64,000 nt of DNA from positions 325,624,001 to 325,688,000 of the forward strand of contig OZ024741.1 of NCBI GenBank assembly GCA_964016885.1. Direction: 5' to 3'. Below are positions 54,596-64,000 of the stretch, in pieces (within the stretch, counting starts at the first letter, position 1; every line of letters starts with the position of its first letter). This DNA comes from Eledone cirrhosa. Lineage: Eukaryota. The notes beneath the pieces were generated by a model. That model did not search any database. It had not been told where the DNA came from and saw nothing but the letters and a program-made list of their open reading frames with translations. A program made the translations under genes and the position numbers.

Positions 54596-54635
54596 GTGAT
54601 TTCTTTTCCTCTTCTTTTAACTTTTCAGCACCAAC

Positions 54636-57600
54636 ATGGCCAACATAAGAGTTGGATGTGACAATGTACGCGGCCTGGGAATGCCCTGGAAACAGGGCAA
54701 ACTCTTAAACGACCCCAGGTCGCACAGTATGGATGTAGTAACCGTTTGCGAGTCCAGGATCCACTGCGAGCGACAACTGACCCCCATCTTCGACGACTGA
54801 GATCTACGCATCTCTCTGTCGGCCGGGAAGTGGGGGTGGGGTTGCCGGTTTGCTGCGGAAACATCTGGACCTCGTAACACAGACGGTACACCTGGACCCA
54901 GAGGGTCGACTGGTGGTCCTAGACGTTGACGGTAGTGAAGGTGGAGCCTTCAGGCTGGTGGGCGCATATGCCCCATCCGGGACACCGCGGCCAGACTTCT
55001 TCAAACGTCTAGAGACTTTTCTGGGAACGTCCCGCTCCCTGCTGTTAGTGGGGGACAGGAATGAAAGCCTAGATGCACGTTGGGACTATGTGGGAGCATG
55101 TCCCGATAGAGGAGGATGTAACAACCTCAAACAGTTAATCGGCCGATTTGACCTGGCCGATAGATATCGACTAGATTTTCCGACTGTGTCACTGTGGACG
55201 TGGACTAATCTTAGCGGAACATCTAAATCGTACCTAGATAGGGTTCTAGTTAGAAAGGGACATGTTAGGCTGTCCACAAATGTTCATGGTTGCCTATTCA
55301 GATCACAAATTAGTGACCTGCTTAGTCAACCTTGACAAAACCCATAGACAGGGATCCGGCTACTGGAAGCTGAACTTGTCCTTACCAACATGCAAAGCCT
55401 ACAGTAGACGGATTAGCACATTAGTTAAGTAGCACTTGAGGGGGGCCATTGTCAACAACAGATGGTGGTACTCTCTCAAGAGGGCAGTTAGATTAGACTC
55501 TATAGGTTTTAGTAAATAATTAGTGTTAGATAGAAATAAGACCGAAAAGGAACTGGTAGATAAAGTAGAAGAGGCACTTAGGAGTGGCAACGTAGCCAGC
55601 GTGCTAGCGACGAGAACGGCCTTGGACCAGTTCTTCGACGCAAAGCATGAAGGCTGCGTTGTCAGAAGCAAAATACGTGCTTTGGGAAACGAGGGAGCCA
55701 AAGCTGTTAGCTGGGCCCGAGTGACGGAGGCGAAAAGTGGCAACAAGTCCACGATTCGGTCTTTGAAAGACCAAGACGGACGCATGATACGTGAACCGAA
55801 GCAAATGTGTGGGGACTTTCAGCGGCACTTTGCTCAACTGTTCGGGCAGGGCGGCGCGTCGGGAGGGGCTATGGATTTCGGTTCATACCTCGACGGCCTA
55901 CCGCGACTCTCTGAGAGCGAAGCAAAGTTCTGCGAAAGGCCGATTTCGGCCGCTGAGATAGGGGACGCGCTGAGCCAGTGCGGCAAATGCAAATCTCCAG
56001 GTCTCGACAGTCTACCCTACGAATTTTACGTAACAATGCCGGACTTGTTCTCCGGTCTCCTGGAAGCGGTCTACTGCAACTGTCAGCAGAACGGGAGAAT
56101 TCCCAGTTTTATGACCAAGGGGGTAATCACGTTAGTCAGGAAGGACGAGAACAATGGGGATGACATAGGCAACTTCCGGCCCATAACTCTTCTCAACACA
56201 GAGTTACAGATTTTGGCCAAGGTGTTGGCAAAGAGGCTGGCGCTTGTCGTCGAAAACCTGGTGGGAGAAGCGCAGTAATGCGCAATCCCGACCAGGTCCA
56301 TACACGACAACCTCCACCTCATGCGATACATAATAGAGAGGGTAGGGTGTAAAACAGGCTTCGGTGTGGCCCTGATCAACTTAGATCAGTCTAAGGCTTT
56401 CGATAGGGTTGACCATCGTTACCTGGATGCGATGCTCGAGGCGGCAGGCTTCGGACCCGTGTTCAGGGGCTGGATTGCTGCAATGCACAGTAACAACGTC
56501 TGCTGAAGGGTCAAGGTGAACGGCTACCTCTCGGAGCCGTTCCATATCACGCGATCCATCCGACAGGGATGCCCTCTCTCCTCCCTTCTGTACGTACTTA
56601 CTCACGAGCCACTACTGCGGAAGTTGGAGCTATTGCAGGGCATCCCTTTGGAACCGGGACTGCGGAAAGCGGCGTCGGCCTACTCCGACGACGTGACAGT
56701 AATGGTGTCGAGCACCTCGCAAATCGGGAAGATCGGCACCTTACTGGAGGAATACGAAAGGTTCACAGGAGCGAAGCTGAACCGGGACAAATCCGTCGGT
56801 TTGCAACTCGGAACGTGGAGAGGCAAACCGATGTCTTCCGATGACGTCGTCGGACGCTGGACGGAAGGACCGGTAAAGCTGCTCGGGGTCTGGTTTGGTC
56901 CGGACCTCCAGATGGAGAGGAACTGGAACGAGGTGTTTGCGCTCACCCAGAAGTGGGCCGAGTGCAAACTATCCTTGAAAGGTCGAGCGGAGGTGGAGAA
57001 CACTTTTATAGCGTCCGTCATCTACTACCGGTTGACCGTCGTGCCTTGTCCAGCCAAAACGCTCACCAAAATGGAACGCGCGCTCTTCCAATTCCTTTGG
57101 AAGAAAGGGGCTCCTTTGGTGAGAAGATCCATCTGCTGTAAACACCCTTCAAACAGAGGGCTGGCGATGCCGTGGCTGACGATGCGCAAACACGCGCTCA
57201 GGCTGCGGCACCTCCACGTATTCCTCACCAGACAACCGGTGTAGGCCCCATTCATGAGGCGAGCCTTCCCACGACTCGTCTCGCTGACCGAGCTGCAGTC
57301 CTGGGTCAAGCAAAGACCGAAAGACGAGGAAAATGGGTGACTGGCACATCGAATGTGCTCAGGAGCTCACAGTCCTCTCGCAAACGGACCCGGCGATCAG
57401 TGGAGACTCCACTTCGACATTCTATAGAGGGTTGGTCCGCAGCAAGTGCGACGACACGCTCGGAGAAACTCTAGGCGTAGAGGAGGATGAACTGGCCAGT
57501 CTGTTCGGTAGGACTTTCCGCCCGGGACCAATGGACAACTACCAAAAGTTCCTGGCCTGGCAGTGTTACCGAGGAGCTCTACCAGTTCGAGACAAGCTCT

Positions 57601-58049
57601 ATAGACACGGGTAGGGACCCTTCGAAAAGAATCTGTCCGAGATGCTTGCGCAACGCGGAAACCGTTGCACACGCAATCGTACACTGCCCGTGCGTTACCG
57701 ACCTGTGTGGCTATGTAGAACGACTATTGTCGTTGGTGGGAGCAATCCAGTTGACCACCGAATTCATTGACATGATCAAACCGCCACCCTCCTTCAAAAA
57801 TGAGGGAGAGGTGGTTTTCCTATGTGTTATGGCTATGGTGAAAGAGGTTATATGGTGGAAGAGGTTGAAAGGGCTGAGGTCAAACACCTTTCTCTCCGGC
57901 AAGCAACTGATTCGTTTTTTCAAATATCATTTTGGAAGAAGAATCAGGATGGAGAGAGAAGTGCTGTACCCCAGCCAATTTTTAAAAGGTGTGTGAATGT
58001 GGCAGAGATGGCCCGAGTGGCTGGGCCTTCTCTCTATATAAGCCTGTAG
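54636..58049 (+). pseudogene. ORF2 of copy B (APE endonuclease plus RT), disrupted
   Basis: MANIRVGCDNVRGL start, SYLDRVLV, KSPGLD, NFRPITLLN, YSDD; several stops. Confidence 0.88.
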
Positions 58050-58241
58050 GTTGAGGAAAAAGAGGAAGAGAAGAAGGGAGTACTCACTCTTGGTACTCTT
58101 GGAGATGAGGGTTGTACATTTCGTGGGGATTTCAATTGTTATTTGTTATTGTATTAATAGTTTTATTTTCATATACCTGTATGTAAACTCCTCATTTGTA
58201 TTTGTCCCTTTCTTTTGTGCCCTTGTGGCTAATAAAGAAAT

Positions 58242-58242
<1 letters not shown>

Positions 58243-58325
<83 letters not shown>

Positions 58326-58338
58326 TTATCTATCTATC
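58243..58338. repeat. (TATC)n microsatellite between LINE copies B and C
   Basis: Tetranucleotide run. Confidence 0.97.
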
Positions 58339-58557
58339 TGGGATAGACACATGTGCTGAGCTCGCTCGGTAAGTTTCGTTTAAATTTTTCTGGAAATTGT
58401 GAACTGTAAACTTTCATTTTTGTACCATTTTGTAGAGAGACTGCCAGGTCAAACTTTGATCTGGTCAGTCTCTCGAAATATTCTACGCCTTTAGGCGAAA
58501 TAGTGTTGTAAAAATTTAATCTTTCGAAAAATTTCGAAAAATCCTATATTGATAAAA

Positions 58558-60352
58558 ATGGCTGAAGCATCTTCACCAAAATTCGAAGGAGGAAAGGGGA
58601 AGATAAGCTTACAGCTTCCCCCTTCCACTGTCACAGTAGCCGAGGTCAAAAAGAAAGGTCAGCCAGAGGAAGGATTTTCTCCACCTGTTGACCGACAACT
58701 TGACGTTGCCATGGCAACAAACCAAAGAACCAGCGGCACCAGCAACAGCAACAACAACAACAATGCGACGGACGAAAACAACACCAATAACAATAACAAC
58801 AACAAGACCAATAACTGTGATAACAACAACAATGATAACAACAACACCACCAACTACAACAGCAACACAAACAAAAAAAATTTCTCCTTCGCCGAGACGG
58901 CAAGGAAAACCCTCGACTATCTGCCAGTAGATATAACCAAAGCGAAGGAGCTACTGGCAGATGCCAAAAAATATATAGTGTACGGGGAAAATGGTTCATT
59001 CACGATCCATTCCCCCCCCCCCCCGTACTAAAAAGCCAGAGACTCCTAAACACTGTCATGTTTAGGACAATCTCGAATAAAAGCAAAAAACCAGCTCAAC
59101 CATCACAGAGTGAGATAGAGCTGGTTTTAAAAGACGTCATGAAGGACATCACCTTCATTCAGAAGGATAGACTCTACGGGAGTCTATCCATTCTCATGAA
59201 GGACAGGGACACAGCAGTGAAACTGTCCATCAAACCAATCACATCCACCGCATACACCTTCTACCCTACGTACATGGGTAGAAGAACACAAACAATAAAA
59301 ATCCACACCATCCTCCCGATTATGGACATATGGTGGGTTTTGACAGGTTTCCTGGACCTGGAGGATGACATGCTGGTGTCCATGGGAAAGGCATCGGGTG
59401 ACGCGTTCAGTGGAACGAGCCTCGAACTTGTAGTTCATATGAGGCCCGAAAGGATCGTCCAGATCCCTGAACGCGTCATACTGGATGATCAAACTTTCAT
59501 CAACATTACCGTTGAGGGTAGGAGGCCCTCGTGTTACCTCTGCGGAACCAGAGGTCACCTGAGGGTTGTCTGTCCCCAACTTAATAAGAAAACGCCAATC
59601 CTGCCTACATCACCAACAACTGCACAACCAACACAATCACCACAACTACCACTACAAAAACAACCACCACAGCTCAAACCAAAACAAAACAATGTCCAAC
59701 CCATCACCCCCACTCAAAAAAAAAACAATTTCCAAAACACCCGCACCGCAAACACAACCCGAAAATATACCCTCCCCTCCAACGCGGAAGATGACCCTAG
59801 TTCGTCGTCAGACGAGGAGGAGCACTTCCACACAATCAAAAGAAAAAAAAAAGAAAACACACCTCAGACACACAAATGAAAACAACCCCTCCCCAAAACA
59901 TAACACTGACACCAACACAAAAGAGCTTACAACAACAGCAAACAAAAAACACCACGCAAAAACAAAAACATGCATACACATACATAAACACAAGAAACAA
60001 AAAACTGTTAAACATTGTGTACTACAACAATCTAATAAAAGCCCAAGCGCCTAACTTCACCCAGGCAGGGGATTTCCCCCACCTCAAAATGATTAAGGCC
60101 CCACAGGACACCTAAAAAACTTAAAAAAACAACTTTAAAGAGGACGTGGGTCCCCCCTGTGTCGGGCCCATTAACCGCGTCCTCCTAAAAAACTACCCCA
60201 CCCCCTCCCCAAACACCCACACAACGCCAAACTCCCCAACCACACAACACACTGATGCCCCTACACTTCCACAAACCACCACCCCACCCAACAACCCATC
60301 CCCCACCCTAATGGAAATTGTGCAGCCCGATACCCGGGACGCAGAGAGGTAA
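58558..60352 (+). pseudogene. ORF1 of copy C (zinc knuckle), broken by frameshifts mostly in homopolymer runs
   Basis: CYLCGTRGHLRVVC; poly-Asn tract; frame change at the poly-C run near 59012-59025. Confidence 0.85.
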
Positions 60353-60382
60353 GTGCCTTTTCTCTTCACCACCAACATAGCC

Positions 60383-63300
60383 ATGCTAAGAGTAGGCTGT
60401 TTAAATGCGCGTGGCCTGGGCTCAACTTGGAAGCAAGCAATGCTTCTAAATGACCTCAGGTCACAACGTATAGATGTGATGGTTATTTGCGAGGCCCGGA
60501 TCAGCAACGTGCGACAGCTGGCCCCCACCTTTGATGACTTTGAGATGCACGCATCTCTCTGTCAGCCCGGAGGTGGGGGTGGAGTTGTCGTTCTGCTGCA
60601 AAAACATCTGGGTCTCGCAACACAGATGGTGCATTTGGACCCGAAGGGTCGACTAGTGGTTCTGGACCTTGGCAGTGGTAAAGGCGGAGCGTTTAGGTTG
60701 GTAGCCGCCTACGGCCCTTTCGGGTCAATGCGGCCGGACTTCTTCCATCGTCTGGAGAATTTTCTAGGGACGTCCCGCTCCTTGCTATTAGTGGGGGACT
60801 GGAATGGTATCCTAGATGCACGCTGGGACTACGTAGGGGCCTGTCCCGATAGAGAGGGGTGTAATAGCCTCAAAGGGTTAATCGGTCGATTTGACCTGGC
60901 CGATAGATATCGACTAGATTTTCCGACTGCGCCAACCTGGACTTGGGCAAATCGTAGCGGATCATCTAGGTCGTACCTAGATAGGTTCTTAGTTAGAATT
61001 AAGGATAAGGACTTTTAAGTTGTCCAAAAATGCGCATGGTTGGTTATTCAGACCACAAGTTAGTGACCTGCATGGTCAACCTTGACAGAACTCATAGACA
61101 GGGACCCGGTTACTGGAAGCTCAACTTGTCCTTACCGGCAAGTAAGGCTTACAGGGACCGGATTAGCACTTTAGTTAAGGAGCGGTTGACGGGCGCCATC
61201 GTCAACAGCAGGTGGTGGGGATCTCTCAAAAGAGAGATTAGAGTAGTCTCTATAGAATTTAGTAAGGAGTTAGCCTCAAATAGAAATAGGAAGGAAAGGG
61301 AGTTGGTAGATAGTGTAGAAGAGGCAATTAGAAGCGGCGACGTGGCCAGAGTGCTAGCGTCGAGAACGGCCCTGGGCCAGTTCTTCGACGCGAAACACGA
61401 AGGCTGCATAGTCCGAAGCAAAATACGTGCTCTGGGAAACGAGGGGACCAAAGCTGTTAGCTGGGCCCGCGTGACAGAAGCCAAAAGAGGGAGCAGATCC
61501 ACTATCCGGTCTTTGCGAGACCAGGATGGACGGGTGATCCTTGAACCTAAGCAGATGTGCGAGGCTTTTCAAAAGCACTTTGCCGGATTGTTCGGATGGG
61601 GCGGGGAGCCGGTTGGGGATGTGGACTTCAGTCCATACCTCGACGGCCTGCCGCGGCTCTCGGACAGGGAGGAGAAATCCTGCGAGGAGCCGATTTCAGC
61701 CGCTGAGATAGAGGACGTGCTGAGCCAATGCGGCAAACGCAAATCCCCGGGTCTCGATGGTCTTCCATACGAACTATATCTAGCTATGCCGGACTTGTTC
61801 CGCGATCTCCTCGAGGCGGTCTACTGCAACTGGCAACAGAACGGGAGAATTCCCTGTGCTGTGACCAAGGGCGTAGTCACGCTAGTGAGGAAGGACGAGA
61901 ACAAGGGGGACGAAATAAATAATTTCAGGCCCATATCTCTGCTAAATACAGAGTTACAGATTTTGGCCAAGGTGCTAGCAAAGAGGTTGGCGCTTGTCGT
62001 GGATAACCTGGTGGGAGATGCGCAGACATGTGCTATCCCGTCCAGGTCCATCCACGACAACCTCCACCTCATGCGATACATCATAGAGAGGGTTGGGAAC
62101 GAACCCGGCTTTGGTGGGGCCCTGATCAACTTGGATCAATCTAAGGCATTCGATAGGGTCGACCATGATAGGGTCGACCCGTTTTCAGGGGCTGGATCAA
62201 TGCCATGCACAGCAGCCGCATCTGCTCTAGGGTCAAGGTGAACGGCTACCTCTCGGAGCCGTTCGAAATCGCGCGGTCCATCCGACAGGGGTTCCCTCTC
62301 TCCCCCCTTCTGTATGTAATGACTCTAGAGCCACTGCTGCGGAAGTTGGAGTTGTTGCAGGGCATCCCGTTTGAACCGGGATTGCGGAAAGCGGTGTCAG
62401 CCTACGCCGATGACATAACAGTAATGGTGTCGACGGCCTCGGAAATCGGGGCGTTCGGCACCTTACTGGAGGAGTACGAAAGGTTTACAGGGGCTAAGCT
62501 GAACCGGGACAAGTCGATCGGTCTGCAACTCGGCACGTGGAGGGGCAGAACGATGCCCTCCGATGACGTCGTCGGGCGCTGGACGGAGGGCCCGGTGAAG
62601 TTGCTCGGGGTCTGGTTCGGACCAGACCTCCAGGTGGAGAAGAACTGGGGTGAAGTAACGAAGAGGGTGTTTGCACTGACCCAGAAGTGGGCCGAGTGCA
62701 AACTGTCCCTGAAAGGTCGGGCGGAGGTGGCGAACACTTATATAGCGTCCGTCATCTACTACCGCCTGACCGTTGTGCCTTGCCCGAGGGAAACGCTCGC
62801 CAAAATGGAGCGCGCACTCTTCCAATTCCTTTGGAAGAAGCGGGCTCCTATGGTGAGGAGATCCATCTGCTGTCAACACCCTTCGAAAGGAGGGCTGGGG
62901 ATGCCGTGGCTAATGATACGTAAACACGCATTAAGGCTACAGCACCTTCAGGTATTCCTCTCCGGTCAACCGGTGTGGGCCCCGTTTGTGAGGCGAGCCT
63001 TTCCCAGACTCGTCTCACTCACCGAGCTGCAATCCTGGGTCAAGCAAAGACCGAGAAAACTGGGCGCCTGGCACACCGAGTGTGCCCAGGCGCTCACGGC
63101 TCTCTGGCAAGCGGACTCGGCTGTCAGTGGAGAATCGCCCTCGTCATTCTATAGAGGGCTGGTGGTTAGCAGGTGCGACGACGCCCTCGGAGAAGCCCTA
63201 GGCATGGAGGAAGACGAACTGGCCAACCTGTTCGGTAGGACATTCAGCCCGGGACCCATGGATAACTTCCAGAGGTCCCTGGCCTGGCAATGCTACAGAA

Positions 63301-63785
63301 GGGCTCTGCCCATTCGCGAAAGGCTCTACAGACATGGGCGCCCGGGTAGGGACCCCTCGAAAAAGATCTGTCCCAGACGCGTGTGCGACGAGGAAACCGT
63401 TGCACACGCATTGGTACACTGCTCGGGCATTGCCGATCTGTGGGGCTATGTCGAACAGCTGCTGTCAAGGGTGGGACCGATCTGGTTGACCACCGAGTCT
63501 ATTGTAACGATCAAGCCGCCTCCCTTCTTCAAAAACGAAGAAGAGGCGGTGTTTCTGTGCGTAATAGCCATGGCGGAAGAGGTTGTATGGTGGACGCGTC
63601 TGAAAGGACTGAGGTCAGACACCTTTCTCTCTGGCCAACAACTGGTCCGTTTCTTCCGATATCATTTCGGAAGAAGGATCAGGATGGAGAGAGAGGTGCT
63701 GCACCCCAGCCGTTTTTATGAAAGATGGGTGAAAGTGGCGAGAATGGCTCGTGTGAATGGGCCTTCACTCTACATCAGACTATAG
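60383..63785 (+). pseudogene. ORF2 of copy C (APE endonuclease, RT, zinc motif) with two frameshifts
   Basis: LNARGL, VICE, GDWNGILD, SYLDRFLV, SDHKLV, GYWKLN, KSPGLDGL, FRPISLLN, YADD; breaks at ~61018 and ~62166. Confidence 0.9.
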
Positions 63786-64000
63786 GTGAGGAAGATGAAA
63801 GACCAAGGGAGCACCCCTTCTCTGTGCTCCTGAGGAAAAGGGTTGCACACTTCTTTCGGGGGTGTTTGCGACCCCCCCAAGGCGCCTCCTCTCTATTGAG
63901 GATTTTGTTATATATTTTATTCTGTTATATTTTATTTTATTTTTATATTTTGTTATTGCCTCCTCCTTATTGAGGATGCCTTGTTTTGTAAACTCCCCCC

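Larger units (their letters stand above)
52461..58241 (+). mobile_element. Tx1/L1-clade LINE copy B (full length, divergent subfamily, many stops and frameshifts)
   Basis: 5' UTR homologous to copy C, ORF1 pieces, APE-RT-zinc ORF2 pieces, AATAAA then (TATC)n. Confidence 0.92.
58339..64000 (+). mobile_element. Tx1/L1-clade LINE copy C (full length, 3' end just beyond the window)
   Basis: 5' UTR, ORF1, ORF2 and a 3' UTR matching copy A. Confidence 0.92.

Overview
AT-rich, microsatellite-rich eukaryotic DNA with no recognisable host protein-coding gene; the repeat content suggests a mollusc, probably an octopus (inference). Four zones. (1) 0.5-5.9 kb: fragments of Penelope-like retroelements (two GIY-YIG ORFs), a ~0.7 kb inverted pseudo-LTR, and three well-formed plus two degenerate minimal hammerhead ribozyme motifs. 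(2) 9.4-13.8 kb: a decayed R4/Dong-type (RT plus restriction-like endonuclease) non-LTR element in a (CATA)n microsatellite, with a truncated sibling in tandem. (3) 18.7-46.3 kb: a tRNA-Ser cluster built from a divergent Ser(TGA)/Ser(CGA) pair. It holds 8 intact tRNA-Ser(CGA) genes, many pseudogenes (including Ser bodies with TCA, TAA or CAA anticodons), a near-perfect 2375-bp tandem array (~5.5 units), an inversion marked by a perfect hairpin, and many SINEs. (4) 49.9-64 kb: three head-to-tail Tx1/L1-clade LINEs joined through (TATC)n. The two copies with 5' ends share a 67-nt GT-AG intron-like segment and hairpins in the 5' UTR, and a consensus splice donor overlapping the ORF1 stop. This hints at splicing-controlled ORF1/ORF2 expression and is the most novel-looking signal, but it is unverified.
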